The translations under genes and the position numbers were made by a program. From assembly GCA_029981435.1 (NCBI GenBank), contig JARRBB010000003.1, positions 15,603-79,602 on the forward strand: a DNA stretch of 64,000 nt. The letters are read 5' to 3'. Below are positions 1-12,492 of this stretch, piece after piece. This DNA is from Thermotogaceae bacterium (GTDB lineage Bacteria; Thermotogota; Thermotogae; B21-G9; HyVt-16). Below the pieces are notes generated by a model. That model saw nothing but the letters and a program-made list of their open reading frames with translations. It was not told the DNA's origin and did not search any database. How positions within the stretch are numbered: the first letter of the stretch is position 1; each line of letters starts with the position of its first letter.

Positions 1-435
1 TATACCCACCCATACTTTTTCATGTCCAGATATGAAAATTCTGAAATAGCCGGTTTTTTCATCACTTTGTATTTCGGTGAGTATTTTAGCTATATCGTTT
101 TTTTCATTCAATATAATTTTAGAAGCAACTATATATTTATCAATAATTCCTTGAGGGCCAAGAAAACGCTCCACATCCTTTATGCTTTCATCAATTTTTG
201 AATTCAAATTGTTTATTTTATTTGTTAAAACATTCTGTGTCCTTGCAAGTTCATCTTTCAATGAATCCAGAACTAAAAGGTTATAACTCGAAAAAATTAA
301 TGATATCAAAACAGCGACAAAAATCAGCAATCCAAAAAAACTAAGCTTGTATTTACCCCTGTAACTACCTGATTCTCTTCTTTTCGGTAACTGCCTCAAA
401 AGATTTCTTGACCTTCTTCTGGGAATATAAGCCAA
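1..435 (-). CDS. hypothetical single-pass membrane protein; its C-terminal part runs off the window start
   Basis: Not in the ORF track. Read by hand on the minus strand, a TTG start at 435-433 lies 6 nt after GGAGGG. The N-terminus is basic (PRRRSRN..KRRESG). One hydrophobic helix (FFGLLIFVAVLISLIF) is followed by a coiled-coil-like N/K/L-rich segment. The frame stays open to position 1. It lies directly downstream of the sigma factor gene. Confidence 0.4.
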   Translation of the reverse strand, partial: MAYIPRRRSRNLLRQLPKRRESGSYRGKYKLSFFGLLIFVAVLISLIFSSYNLLVLDSLKDELARTQNVLTNKINNLNSKIDESIKDVERFLGPQGIIDKYIVASKIILNEKNDIAKILTEIQSDEKTGYFRIFISGHEKVWVGI

Positions 436-457
436 TTATATCCCTCCGCATATTTTT

Positions 458-1096
458 TCATTTTACCAGTACTAAAGATTTTATAACTTTATATCTTTCA
501 TACAAAGGTCTCAATTTCTTTTTAACTTTTTGATAAGTATTATCCACAGCCTTCCATTTAATTTCAAGTGTTTCTGATATATCGTTATATGAATATCCTT
601 CCAAGCGCATCTTGAGAACATTGTATTCTAAATCCGTTAAAATTTTTTTTGCTTCTTCCAAGAAGGATTCAGCTAAATAAACATCAAACGGTGTATTTGT
701 ATCCTGTACATCTGAATTAGTCATCATATAACCTGGTTCTTCAGAATCATCTTCTAAGAAGATAGAATCCATATTCACAGCGTTGGTTAAAATCTTGTTC
801 TTCATTCTGTTCAGATATGTTAGAAATGATTTTATTTCGGATTCTATACTTCTCCAGGCAAAAGATGTAAAAGAGCTTTTGTTTTTTTGATAATAGAAAA
901 TGGCTTTCAAGAGCCCTACCAAACCATTCTGAATTATATCTTCATGTTCTGCCCAGTTCCCATAATATTTCGAAGAGATTTTTACAACCATTGGATAGTA
1001 CTGGTCTATGATGATTTCTATTGCTTCTTGAAGGCCCGTTTGAGCCAAATCAATTATTTCTTCTATCTTTTTATTCCTCAACCTATATTTTATCAT
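458..1096 (-). CDS. RNA polymerase sigma-70 family factor, SigH-like
   Basis: Region 2.2-like DIIQNGLVGLLKAIFYY. Region 4 HTH LTDLEYNVLKMRLEGYSYNDISETLEIKWKAVDNTYQKVKKKL resembles Bacillus SigH (LSDLERKVL..GRSYQEISDEL..SIDNALQRVKRKL). Length 212 aa. Confidence 0.75.
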   Translation of the reverse strand: MIKYRLRNKKIEEIIDLAQTGLQEAIEIIIDQYYPMVVKISSKYYGNWAEHEDIIQNGLVGLLKAIFYYQKNKSSFTSFAWRSIESEIKSFLTYLNRMKNKILTNAVNMDSIFLEDDSEEPGYMMTNSDVQDTNTPFDVYLAESFLEEAKKILTDLEYNVLKMRLEGYSYNDISETLEIKWKAVDNTYQKVKKKLRPLYERYKVIKSLVLVK

Positions 1097-1186
1097 CCTT
1101 GCCCCGCCTGTCTTTTGGTTTCTAAGATTAATTATATATTAAAAGTTCAACTTTTGGAAAGATTTTTGAAAACTTATGCAATTCTA

Positions 1187-1969
1187 TCACTTTTCGGTGT
1201 TCTTCGGGGTTTCTTTGATATGCAAGTCGAGTTGAGGAAATGGTATAAAGATACCGTTGTTCTCTAACTTTCTTTTTATTCTTGTTGCCAAAGAATTTGT
1301 GGCAGAAAAATAATTTTCTCTACTCACCCAAAATCTCATTATTAAATTTATCGATGAATCTGCGAACTGATCAAATATAATGGAAGGTTCCGGTTCTTTT
1401 TCAATCAATTCTTCTTCGGCCAAGGTTTCTTTTAAAATATTCATTACTTTTTCTATATCAACTTCATAAGGAATACCTATGGGTAAATCTTTTCTTCTAA
1501 TAGAATCAGGCCAAAAATGTACAATTTCACGATTCCAAACCATTCTATTTGGAATTAAAACCCTTTTTCCATCCCATGTTTTTATTAACGTATGGTTGAC
1601 ATGTATTACTTCTACCATCCCACTTGTATCACCTACCTGAACAGCATCTCCTTCTTTTAAAGTCCTTGTGAATATCAACAGCAGTCCAGATGCAAAATTG
1701 GAAAGAGGTTCTTGAAAAGCTATACCAAATACAATACCGCTGAATCCTGCGCCAGCAAGCAATGGTCCTAAATTCACATTCCATATAGCTAATACAACAA
1801 AAACTGCTATGAGATAGAAAAGCACACGCATTATAGCTTTAAAGGTTTTAGGCGCCCCAAGTTCTCTTCCCATCTTTTTAAATGCAGCTATAACTGAATT
1901 CACTGTCAAATTTAGAGCCAACCATGTTATAATGAATACAACAATACTAAGGATGATTTTGACGATCAT
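1187..1969 (-). CDS. mscS: small-conductance mechanosensitive channel (MscS family)
   Basis: TM helices followed by the MscS beta-domain (GDAVQVGDTSGMVEVIHVNHTLIKTWDGKRVLIPN). Start placed at the ATG at 1969, with GGAGGTGA 4 nt upstream. The ORF track's 1990 start is an alternative. Confidence 0.8.
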   Translation of the reverse strand: MIVKIILSIVVFIITWLALNLTVNSVIAAFKKMGRELGAPKTFKAIMRVLFYLIAVFVVLAIWNVNLGPLLAGAGFSGIVFGIAFQEPLSNFASGLLLIFTRTLKEGDAVQVGDTSGMVEVIHVNHTLIKTWDGKRVLIPNRMVWNREIVHFWPDSIRRKDLPIGIPYEVDIEKVMNILKETLAEEELIEKEPEPSIIFDQFADSSINLIMRFWVSRENYFSATNSLATRIKRKLENNGIFIPFPQLDLHIKETPKNTEK

Positions 1970-1986
1970 TTTATCACCTCCAAAAA

Positions 1987-2746
1987 TCAAATATGAAACA
2001 CGTGGTCGCTATCGGGAAAAATCCCATTTTTAACATCGTTGATGAAGTCTATAACGGCCTCTTTTGAAGTTTCAAAGAGATTGGCATATCTTTTTACGAA
2101 TTTAGGCTTAAACGAAGGAATCAGTCCAAGCAAATCATGAAGAACCACAACCTGACCATCGCAAAATCTTCCCGATCCAATACCAATTGTTGGGATTTCG
2201 ATTTTTTCAGTAATTTCTTTTGCAGTTTCTTCAACTACAAGCTCCAGAACAATACTGAAAGCACCAGCTTCCTGAAGAGCTAAAGCCCCTTCAAGTAATT
2301 TTCTTTTACTTTTCTCGTCTTTTCCCTGAACTCTGTATCCGCCTATCTGGTTTACTGATTGTGGAGTTAATCCAAGGTGTCCCATCACAGGTATTCCGAA
2401 ATCGACGAATTTTTTAACTATTTCTGCTACTTCTATACCACCTTCGATTTTAACAGCATTGGCGCCCAATTTCAGGAATTTTCCAGCGTTTTCAACCGCT
2501 TTATCGAGACCGCACTGATATGAGAGAAAAGGCATGTCTGCAACTATAAAAGTTTCAGGAGCTCCTCGTTTTACAGCAGCTACATGGATCATCATTTCAT
2601 CCATAGTTACTGGTATTGTATTGGGGTAACCTAACACAACGTTTCCAAGAGAATCACCAACAAGAATAATGTCCACACCTGCTTCCGAAACAATTTTTGC
2701 TGTTATAAAATCGTAAGCTGTTATCATAACAAGTTTATTTTTCCTT

Positions 2747-2775
<29 letters not shown>
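1987..2775 (-). CDS. panB: 3-methyl-2-oxobutanoate hydroxymethyltransferase (ketopantoate hydroxymethyltransferase)
   Basis: Full-length PanB-like sequence (ITAYDF..AGVDIILVGDSLGNVVLGY..T..VTMDEMIHV..KIEGG). AGGAGGG RBS before the ATG. Confidence 0.9.
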
Positions 2776-5009
<2,234 letters not shown>

Positions 5010-5077
5010 TTAGTGTTTTCCCTCCTTATTCTTTAGTCAATTCAAAGTATAATACAAAAAGAATTAAATAAAAACTG

Positions 5078-5824
5078 TTATTTTACGTATCCTATAATAA
5101 TTGCAATAAGGTTTGCAATACTCCAGATACCACCAACGATAACTGCTAATTCAAGTTTGTCCATTAGAGGAAGCAGAAAGTAAACAACTGTCTCAAGTTC
5201 TACGGAGGTTGGAAATAACCAGTAGTTTCTGTCATCTTTTGATAGTTTTACGAAGAAGTCTGCTATCCATAAAAATGGTATAAAAAGAAAAAAGGACTTT
5301 TGTTTTTCTTTTGTATTTGTTGGAATTTTTTGGCTTGGCCTTAAATTATCAAAGAGCTGCTTGTAACCAACCCACATAGAAGCCATGTGGGAGGTAATTA
5401 AGACTATTCCCCAGAACAATATTGTTCTTTCATTGCTTGAATTTTGAAGAGTTCTGAAAACTAATGCTAAAGTTCCGCCTCCAAGTCTTAAAGAATCAGC
5501 GCTTATGTCGAGTGCTGTCCCAAGCTTTGAGTTTTTATTAAGTATCCTTGCGACTGGCCCATCGATACAGTCCAAAAAGTAAGAAAGTTCGAAAAACACT
5601 GCTCCGAGCAAAACTCCGATATATCCATAAACAAAAGCAAAAAAGTAAACTTCTAAAAATGAAAAAAATAAGGAGAATATCGTAATAAAATTAGGGTGAA
5701 GCCATGGAACTTTGTTTACAATTAAGACGATTAAAGGCTTAAATAAAGGTTGCAGAACGAATTTTGTCCAGAGTGGTTGTTTAGTCAGAAAACTGTCGAT
5801 ATCTTTTTTGGTGAATTTGTTCAA
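5078..5824 (-). CDS. CDP-alcohol phosphatidyltransferase family membrane protein
   Basis: Exact family motif D-x2-DG-x2-AR-x8-G-x3-D-x3-D is present as DCIDGPVARILNKNSKLGTALDISAD. Polytopic membrane protein. Confidence 0.75.
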   Translation of the reverse strand: MNKFTKKDIDSFLTKQPLWTKFVLQPLFKPLIVLIVNKVPWLHPNFITIFSLFFSFLEVYFFAFVYGYIGVLLGAVFFELSYFLDCIDGPVARILNKNSKLGTALDISADSLRLGGGTLALVFRTLQNSSNERTILFWGIVLITSHMASMWVGYKQLFDNLRPSQKIPTNTKEKQKSFFLFIPFLWIADFFVKLSKDDRNYWLFPTSVELETVVYFLLPLMDKLELAVIVGGIWSIANLIAIIIGYVK

Positions 5825-5972
5825 TTTTTACACCTGCCTTGTATATTTGAGTAGTTTGATATTTAATATATAAGGAGTCAAATGTAATTTTATCACTCTA
5901 TCTGCCGAAACTTAAAACAAAATTTTTTTAATCGCTAAAAAAGATATTTGAAGTGTTATTATTCAACAAAAA

Positions 5973-5981
5973 TGATATAAT
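5973..5981 (+). promoter_or_regulatory. candidate extended -10 promoter (TGaTATAAT) for the pepP-efp operon
   Basis: TG at 5973-5974 and TATAAT at 5976-5981, about 20 nt upstream of the pepP start. The -35 is weak. Confidence 0.3.
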
Positions 5982-6000
5982 CGTCTAAGGGGTGAATTAT

Positions 6001-7089
6001 ATGCTAAACAGTATTGATGAACGTCTAAAAAAATTGAAAAGCGAGATGGAGAAATTATCTGTTGATGCGTATTTGTGTGTGAACATAGAAAATTCTAATC
6101 ATCCAGAAGCTTTTTATTTTTCAGGATTTTCTGGTTCGTTCTCCATATTAATCATTGATAAAGACAGGAAATTGATACTAACTGATTCAAGATACTACGA
6201 GCAAGTCAAACTTGAAACTCAATTCACCTTGGTAAAATTTGAAGGCAAAGAATCTGGTGAGAAAAAACTGTTTGAGATTCTTGGTGATTACAAAAGAATA
6301 GGTTTAAATTTTTCAAGAATAAATCTCAAATTCTACGAGAATTTGAAAAAGAATTTGAAAGGTGCTGAATTTGTCGACTTTGATGAAATAATTTCAAAAT
6401 TGAGAATGATAAAATATGGTGATGAAATCGAAAAAATAAAAAATGCAATCCAAATTACTCAAAGAGCTTTCGAGAATTCGTTAAATTTTCTCAAAGCAGG
6501 TATGACTGAAAATGAATTTGCTGCAAGGCTTGAATATGAGATGAAACTCTTGGGGGCTGAAAGAACAGCTTTTGAAACCATCGTTGCTTCTGGCTTTAGA
6601 GGTGCTTTACCTCATGGAAGAGCAAGCGACAAAATCATAGAAGAGGGAGATTTGGTTGTTATCGATTTTGGCGCGGTTTACAAAGGGTACTGCGGTGATA
6701 TAACAAGGACAGTGGCTGTTGGTGATATAGATGATGAAAAATACGAAGTTTACAAAACAGTTGAACGTGCCCAGAGAGAAGCAATAAAAAAAATGAGAGC
6801 TGGTATGACAGGAAAAGAAATTGATAAAATCGCAAGGGATATAATAAATAACGCTGGATATGGATCAAATTTTGGGCATAGTTTGGGACACGGGATTGGT
6901 ATAGAAGTTCATGAAGCTCCATCTGTTTCTCCTTCAAATGATACAACCTTACCAAGTGGTGTGGTTGTGACGGTAGAACCGGGAATTTATTTGCCAGGAA
7001 AATTTGGTGTTAGAATAGAAGACAATGTGATTCTGACTGAAAATGGTGCTGTGCTTTTAAGTAAACCGAATGAATTAATAAAAGTCTAA
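6001..7089 (+). CDS. pepP: Xaa-Pro aminopeptidase/dipeptidase (M24B family)
   Basis: Metal ligands are in context: DFGAVYKGYCGDITRT, HSLGHGIGIEVHE, VTVEPGIY, RIEDNV. Synteny with efp matches Bacillus yqhT-efp. The ATG at 6001 is preferred over the track's 5992. Confidence 0.85.
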   Translation: MLNSIDERLKKLKSEMEKLSVDAYLCVNIENSNHPEAFYFSGFSGSFSILIIDKDRKLILTDSRYYEQVKLETQFTLVKFEGKESGEKKLFEILGDYKRIGLNFSRINLKFYENLKKNLKGAEFVDFDEIISKLRMIKYGDEIEKIKNAIQITQRAFENSLNFLKAGMTENEFAARLEYEMKLLGAERTAFETIVASGFRGALPHGRASDKIIEEGDLVVIDFGAVYKGYCGDITRTVAVGDIDDEKYEVYKTVERAQREAIKKMRAGMTGKEIDKIARDIINNAGYGSNFGHSLGHGIGIEVHEAPSVSPSNDTTLPSGVVVTVEPGIYLPGKFGVRIEDNVILTENGAVLLSKPNELIKV

Positions 7090-7118
7090 AATTTTGAGAT
7101 GGAGGTGTATTTAAAGAA

Positions 7119-7679
7119 ATGATAGAAGTAGGAGATTTAAAAAAAGGTATGCATATTCTTTGGAATAACGACATATACAGAGTTATAGATGTTAATAAAC
7201 ATTTTATGGGTAGAGGTAGTGGACTTATAAGGACAAAACTTAAAAGTATTACAACTGGTTATACAATTGATCAATCGTTTAACAGTGGTGAGAAAGTTCA
7301 GGAAGCTTCTTTATCTTTGAGAAAAGCTCAGTACCTTTATAGGGAAAATAATGATGTGTATTATTTTATGACTCTTGATGATTATGAAACGCATTCGTTG
7401 GATGAAGAGGCTGTTGGAGATGCAAAGTGGTATCTGATAGAAAATATGGAAGTTGATCTCCAATTTCATGATAACAAACTACTTGGTATTTTGTTGCCTA
7501 CGTCTGTTGTTTTAGAGGTTAGAGAAACTGAACCTGGATTCAAAGGTGACACTGTTTCAGGTGGTAGCAAACCTGCTGTACTTGAAACAGGTTTGAAAAT
7601 AAATGTTCCTCTTTTTGTTGAGGTTGGTGATAAAGTTAGGGTGGACACGAGGACTGGTGAGTATATAGAAAGAGCCTGA
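7119..7679 (+). CDS. efp: translation elongation factor P
   Basis: Full-length EF-P. GGAGGTG RBS. The loop residue at position 32 is Arg (HFMGRGSG). Confidence 0.93.
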   Translation: MIEVGDLKKGMHILWNNDIYRVIDVNKHFMGRGSGLIRTKLKSITTGYTIDQSFNSGEKVQEASLSLRKAQYLYRENNDVYYFMTLDDYETHSLDEEAVGDAKWYLIENMEVDLQFHDNKLLGILLPTSVVLEVRETEPGFKGDTVSGGSKPAVLETGLKINVPLFVEVGDKVRVDTRTGEYIERA

Positions 7680-7693
7680 AGGAGGTGATTTTT

Positions 7694-8149
7694 ATGGATG
7701 AAAAGAGAATAAGTGGAGAGTATGGAGAAATTAATATTGCCGACAATGTCATATTGGATATTGCGACTGTTGCTTTATCCAAGGTGGAAGACGTTTATGT
7801 TGATGACAGAAAAAATATCAAGAAGTTGAAACGTAATATATCTATACAACATGAAGGAGAAGGAGATGAAGAAAAATTAATTATAAACATCAAAACTAAT
7901 GTTAAGTATGGTCGAAGTTTGCTGGACATTGCGAAGGATATCCAGAAAATTTTAAAGGAAGAGGTTCAAAATCTTACTGGAATAGAGGTTAACGAAGTGA
8001 ATGTGAAGATAGAGGATATAATCTTCGAAGAACCAAAGAATATAGAAAATCTGGACAAAGAAATTCAGGAAAACCTGGATGAGATGGTCGAGAAAGTAGA
8101 GAATGAAACTGAAAATATCACAAAAGATAGTGAGGCTGACGAAAAATGA
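7694..8149 (+). CDS. Asp23/Gls24 family envelope stress protein
   Basis: Asp23-type N-terminus (GEINIADNVILDIATVALSKVEDV) and an acidic tail. The ATG at 7694 follows GGAGGTG. The track's 7685 GTG lies inside the RBS. Confidence 0.75.
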   Translation: MDEKRISGEYGEINIADNVILDIATVALSKVEDVYVDDRKNIKKLKRNISIQHEGEGDEEKLIINIKTNVKYGRSLLDIAKDIQKILKEEVQNLTGIEVNEVNVKIEDIIFEEPKNIENLDKEIQENLDEMVEKVENETENITKDSEADEK

Positions 8150-8646
8150 AAAAACTATCCAGATATTTGGGATTTACTGTAATAGGTTTCTCAATAGTTT
8201 TGTGGTTGTTCAATTTTGAGGCGTTCAAAGGGTTCATCGAGATCGCTGGAAAATTTGATATTTGGGGTCTTGTGCTGAAAATAATCATAACAACAGTGGG
8301 TGTGTTCATGATCCTTTTGGACCGCTTTCTGAAGCCGAAAGAAAGATATCTCAGCATACTTGAAGATGGAGAAACAGGTATTCAAGTATCCGAACACGCT
8401 TTGAATTCCATGGTGATGGCTGTACTTTCCAATAATGTTGAAGGCATAGAAATAAAATCTTGCAATGCAACAGAACAAGAAGGAGAGATAAAAATTTCTT
8501 TGATTTTAGAATTTACAGACAGTGAAAATGTTAATGAAGCTTCCAGAAGAATTATAGATTTACTCAAAAGTGAATTGGCAAGTAAACTCGGTGTTTTGAA
8601 TATCAAGGTACAGATAATAGTGCAGAAACTATCTTTCCAGGGTTAG
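8146..8646 (+). CDS. AmaP-like alkaline-shock membrane anchor protein
   Basis: Two N-terminal TM helices, then an Asp23-like soluble domain. ATGA overlap with the Asp23 gene, the arrangement known from Firmicutes asp23-amaP. Confidence 0.55.
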   Translation: MKKLSRYLGFTVIGFSIVLWLFNFEAFKGFIEIAGKFDIWGLVLKIIITTVGVFMILLDRFLKPKERYLSILEDGETGIQVSEHALNSMVMAVLSNNVEGIEIKSCNATEQEGEIKISLILEFTDSENVNEASRRIIDLLKSELASKLGVLNIKVQIIVQKLSFQG

Positions 8647-8664
8647 CAAAAGGGTGGTTATTAA

Positions 8665-9105
8665 ATGGAAAAAAAAGTTGTACCACGTCGCAGAACAATG
8701 AGAGAATTTGTCTTCAAAGTTATATATCAATATGACTTCACAGGTGATAGTCTGGATGAGATTTTCAAATATACACTTGAAAATGATAGATTAGATCAAT
8801 TGAGCGCTAAAGAGGCATGGGATTTTGCTAAAGGGATAATTGAGAACTTAGACGAGATAGATTCCTTAATAAAGAAGCACTTGATAAACTGGACTTTTGA
8901 AAGACTTTCATCTATTGATAAAAACATTTTGAGACTTGGAACCTATGAACTTTTATTCAAAGATGATATTCCGATTGAAGTTACTTTGAATGAAGCCATA
9001 GAAATCGCTAAGAAGTTTGGATCGGATAAAAGTGGAAAATTTGTTAATGGAATTTTAGACAGAATCGCTAAAGAACATGCTCCAAGGCATAAATTTGATT
9101 TATAG
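8665..9105 (+). CDS. nusB: transcription antitermination factor NusB
   Basis: NusB family sequence ([18 protein letters not shown] .. [27 protein letters not shown]). Confidence 0.9.
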   Translation: MEKKVVPRRRTMREFVFKVIYQYDFTGDSLDEIFKYTLENDRLDQLSAKEAWDFAKGIIENLDEIDSLIKKHLINWTFERLSSIDKNILRLGTYELLFKDDIPIEVTLNEAIEIAKKFGSDKSGKFVNGILDRIAKEHAPRHKFDL

Positions 9106-9106
9106 G

Positions 9107-10786
9107 GTGGTGAAAACTTTGACGGATATAGAGATTGCAAAGAAAGCGAAGCTGTTTCCAATAGAACAAATTGCAAATAGAATGAAGATTCCAGATGAAT
9201 TCGTATATCCATATGGAAAATACATCGCCAAAATTGATCATCGCTTTTTAAAGATATTAGGTGACAAGCCTTCTGGTAAATTGATAATTGTAACGGCAAT
9301 GACCCCGACTAAATTTGGCGAGGGTAAAACAACGACCAGTATAGGTTTATCCCAAGCCATAAACAAACTTGGAAAAAATTCAGTAGTTACTTTGAGAGAA
9401 CCTTCTCTTGGACCTGTAATGGGAATAAAAGGTGGAGCAACTGGTGGAGGCTATTCACAGGTATTGCCTATGGAAGATATAAACCTTCATTTTACGGGCG
9501 ATATACACGCAGTTACGACTGCTCATAATCTTCTTTCAGCAATGATAGATGCAAGTATAAAATTCGGCAATCCGTTGAATATAAATCCAACGAAAGTTTA
9601 TTGGCCTCGAGCGATGGATATGAATGACAGAGCTTTGAGAAATATTGTAATTGCTTTAGGCGGAAGTCCAAATGGTCTTCCAAGGGAAGAACATTTCATA
9701 ATAACTGCCGCTTCAGAGGTTATGGCAATATTATGTTTATCTAAGAATTTGGAGGAATTGAAAGAACGTCTTGGCAAAATTATCGTTGCTGAGACTTTTT
9801 CAGGTGAACTTGTTAAAGCCTCAGATTTGAAGGCTAACAATGCTATGGCGGTTATTTTAAAAGATGCTATAAATCCTAACCTTGTTCAAACAATAGAAAA
9901 TACCCCCGCAATAATTCATGGGGGACCTTTTGCGAACATAGCACACGGTACTAATTCGGTTATCGCAACGGAATTGGCTTTAAAACTGTCGGATTATGTC
10001 GTTACTGAAACTGGTTTTGGTGCTGATCTTGGGGCTGAGAAGTTTTTTGATGTTGTTGCTCCTATGACAGGTATAACACCTAACTGTGTGGTTCTGGTAG
10101 CCACTGTAAGAGCTTTGAAATTACATGGTGGAAAATCCGAAAAAGAAATAGAGACAGAAGATATTGGCGCACTCAAAAATGGAATGAAGAATTTGCTTAG
10201 ACACATTGAAAATATGAAAAAATACAATCTTCCAGTTGTTGTAGCGATAAATAGATTTCCCTCTGATACCGATAGGGAAATTGAGGTTCTTTCATCGGAA
10301 CTTGAAGAATTGGGAATATTAAATGCTGTTTCTGATGTTTGGGCAAAAGGTGGAAATGGAGCTATGGATCTTGCTAAAAAAGTTATTGAAAGTTGCGATG
10401 AAAGTGATATTTCATTCAAGCCTATTTACGACTGGAACGAACCTATAAGTTCAAAAATCGAGAAAATAGCAAAGGAAATTTATAGAGCTTCAAATGTAGA
10501 ATATTCTCAAACCGCCAGAATTAAAATCAAAAAATTTGAAAGATCTGGATTTGGTAATCTTCCTGTTATCATTGCTAAAACTCAATATTCTTTCTCTGAC
10601 AATCCTAAACTACTTGGTGCTCCTGGAAATTTCGTTTTCAGTATTAAAGATGTTAGTTTGTCAGCAGGTGCAGGTTTTTTAGTAGCACTTGCTGGAGATA
10701 TAATGACAATGCCGGGTTTACCGAAAATACCAAATGCGGTGAATATGAATATCGACAACAGTGGAAATATCGAAGGATTGTTTTAG
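9107..10786 (+). CDS. fhs: formate--tetrahydrofolate ligase
   Basis: FTHFS signatures ([26 protein letters not shown]). Start uncertain: GTG at 9107 or 9110, or TTG at 9119. The track's 9077 ATG overlaps nusB. Confidence 0.9.
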   Translation: MVKTLTDIEIAKKAKLFPIEQIANRMKIPDEFVYPYGKYIAKIDHRFLKILGDKPSGKLIIVTAMTPTKFGEGKTTTSIGLSQAINKLGKNSVVTLREPSLGPVMGIKGGATGGGYSQVLPMEDINLHFTGDIHAVTTAHNLLSAMIDASIKFGNPLNINPTKVYWPRAMDMNDRALRNIVIALGGSPNGLPREEHFIITAASEVMAILCLSKNLEELKERLGKIIVAETFSGELVKASDLKANNAMAVILKDAINPNLVQTIENTPAIIHGGPFANIAHGTNSVIATELALKLSDYVVTETGFGADLGAEKFFDVVAPMTGITPNCVVLVATVRALKLHGGKSEKEIETEDIGALKNGMKNLLRHIENMKKYNLPVVVAINRFPSDTDREIEVLSSELEELGILNAVSDVWAKGGNGAMDLAKKVIESCDESDISFKPIYDWNEPISSKIEKIAKEIYRASNVEYSQTARIKIKKFERSGFGNLPVIIAKTQYSFSDNPKLLGAPGNFVFSIKDVSLSAGAGFLVALAGDIMTMPGLPKIPNAVNMNIDNSGNIEGLF

Positions 10787-10806
10787 AGAAAGTATTTATC
10801 CAATTT

Positions 10807-10838
10807 AAGGGGGAATTTTCCCCTTATTTTTGTTTTTT
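10807..10838 (+). terminator. rho-independent terminator after fhs
   Basis: Hairpin AAGGGGGAATTTTCCCCTT followed by ATTTTTGTTTTTT. Confidence 0.7.
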
Positions 10839-10855
10839 CAGGAGGTTGCGGTTTT

Positions 10856-12481
10856 ATGTTGTTAAAGTTACAAACAAAGAATTATGCTTTTTTTGAAGAT
10901 TTAGATATTACTTTCTCAGATAGACTCAATGTTATAACAGGTGAAAGTGGTTCGGGAAAGTCTCTTTTTGTTAAGGCACTGCAGACTTTGATGGGAGAAC
11001 CACAAAACACAATGAAAATGAACGAAGATTCTATGATACAGGGATATTTAGTGGTTGGAGATACAATCAGAAAATCCTTGAGGGAACATGGAATAAAAGT
11101 TGATGAAGAACTTATAGTAACCGTGAGTTTTCAAAATAAAAGATTAATATACAGGATAAATGGTATCATGGTCCCCAAGGAATTTTTAAGAAACCTGTCA
11201 AGAGATCTTTTTGTCTTTCATACCCAGGGTTCTCAATCAAAGCTTTTCTCAAATTCTTTTTATATGGATCTAATCGACCAATTTGTCGATGCTCAACTCT
11301 TGGAAAGTTATAGAAAAAAGTTCAAAACTTATTTTGAACTTCTGGAAAAAAAGAAAAAATATCTGAATGGTGTCTCGAACATTTTGAAAAGAAAGGATTA
11401 TCTCAGTTTCCAGATTAACGAGATAGAAACTTTTTCTCCAAGCAGTGAGGAAGAAAAAACTTTGAATAGCAAATATTCGATGATGTTGAATTCAAAGAAA
11501 ATAAGAGAATCACTTGCCTATGCTCTGGAACTTATCAGAACAGGTGATAAAAGTATATACGATATTTTAAACGATTTGAAGTACATGATATCATCTCTGA
11601 ATCAGGAACCACTTAAGCCTTTGGTGGAGAAATTGAACATTCTGATAGATGGCGTTGAAGACTGGAGATATGAAGCGGAAAAAATATTTGATGAGGCAGA
11701 ATACAGTGATGAAGAATTTGAAAGATTAACGCAACGTTTAAATGGTTATCAATTACTGAAGAAAAAATATGGTTCAGATGTTGATTCTATATTGAGGAAT
11801 TTAGAAGACATGAGAAAGGAGCTTTTTGAGCTTGAAAATATTGAATTAGAGCTAGAAAATATTGATGAAAAACTCGAAACCCTCAAGATAGATTTGCAGG
11901 AACTTGCCTTAAAAATTAGAGAAAAGAGAAGAAAGGTTATACCGACCATTGAAAGATCAATAAAAAAGCATTTAAACGATTTGAAAATGAAAGATGCCGA
12001 GATAAAGTTCGAACTTAATGAATTGAATGATTTTGCCATGAATGGTCTTGATGAAATCAAATTAGTTGCGAGTATGAATCCAGGTATTCCAGAAGCTCCA
12101 ATTGCTAAGATAGCATCTGGAGGCGAGCTTTCAAGAATCATGCTGGCTATAGAACTTGCAATCTCGGAAAGGATCGGTGAATTATCTCTGATTTTCGATG
12201 AAGTAGATTCTGGAATTGGACAAAGAATAGCTGAAGTAGTGGCAAAAAAATTGAAGGAAGTTTCCAAAAAACATCAGGTCTTGGTTGTTTCACATCTTCC
12301 ACAAATTCCTCTTGTGGCAGATAAACACTTCGTTGTTCAGAAAGCTTCAATGGAAAATGAAACCAGAACGTTTATAAAAGAGTTAAATGAGAGCGAGAGA
12401 ATAGTGGAGATAACCAGTATGTTTGGAGAAAGTTTTGAGGATATAAAGTCAAAAATTGAGAAATTTATAAGATTAAATTAG
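10856..12481 (+). CDS. recN: DNA repair protein RecN
   Basis: SMC-like protein. N-terminal Walker A GESGSGKS, long coiled coil, C-terminal signature SGGELSRIMLA and Walker B LIFDEVDSGI. Confidence 0.9.
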   Translation: MLLKLQTKNYAFFEDLDITFSDRLNVITGESGSGKSLFVKALQTLMGEPQNTMKMNEDSMIQGYLVVGDTIRKSLREHGIKVDEELIVTVSFQNKRLIYRINGIMVPKEFLRNLSRDLFVFHTQGSQSKLFSNSFYMDLIDQFVDAQLLESYRKKFKTYFELLEKKKKYLNGVSNILKRKDYLSFQINEIETFSPSSEEEKTLNSKYSMMLNSKKIRESLAYALELIRTGDKSIYDILNDLKYMISSLNQEPLKPLVEKLNILIDGVEDWRYEAEKIFDEAEYSDEEFERLTQRLNGYQLLKKKYGSDVDSILRNLEDMRKELFELENIELELENIDEKLETLKIDLQELALKIREKRRKVIPTIERSIKKHLNDLKMKDAEIKFELNELNDFAMNGLDEIKLVASMNPGIPEAPIAKIASGGELSRIMLAIELAISERIGELSLIFDEVDSGIGQRIAEVVAKKLKEVSKKHQVLVVSHLPQIPLVADKHFVVQKASMENETRTFIKELNESERIVEITSMFGESFEDIKSKIEKFIRLN

Positions 12482-12492
12482 GAGGCGAGATC

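Noticed and set aside
887-1267. 126-aa plus-strand ORF spanning the sigma factor start and the MscS 3' end.
   Set aside because: It overlaps two well-supported minus-strand genes and the intergenic promoter. It has no SD, and its translation is aromatic- and Ile-rich nonsense.
11749-12267. Long antisense ORFs inside well-supported genes:
- 172 aa in recN (11749-12267);
- 141 aa in fhs (9994-10419);
- 153 aa in dnaJ (24245-24706);
- 161 aa in phoU (55774-56259);
- 199 aa in dnaG (61578-62177);
- 146 aa in pstS (59200-59640);
- 129 aa in hppA (21655-22044).
   Set aside because: Their S/F/L/I-rich, low-complexity translations are what the reverse complement of K/E-rich (AAA/GAA) coding sequence produces. 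They have no SD sequences and no recognisable domains, and each sits fully inside a gene with strong homology signals.
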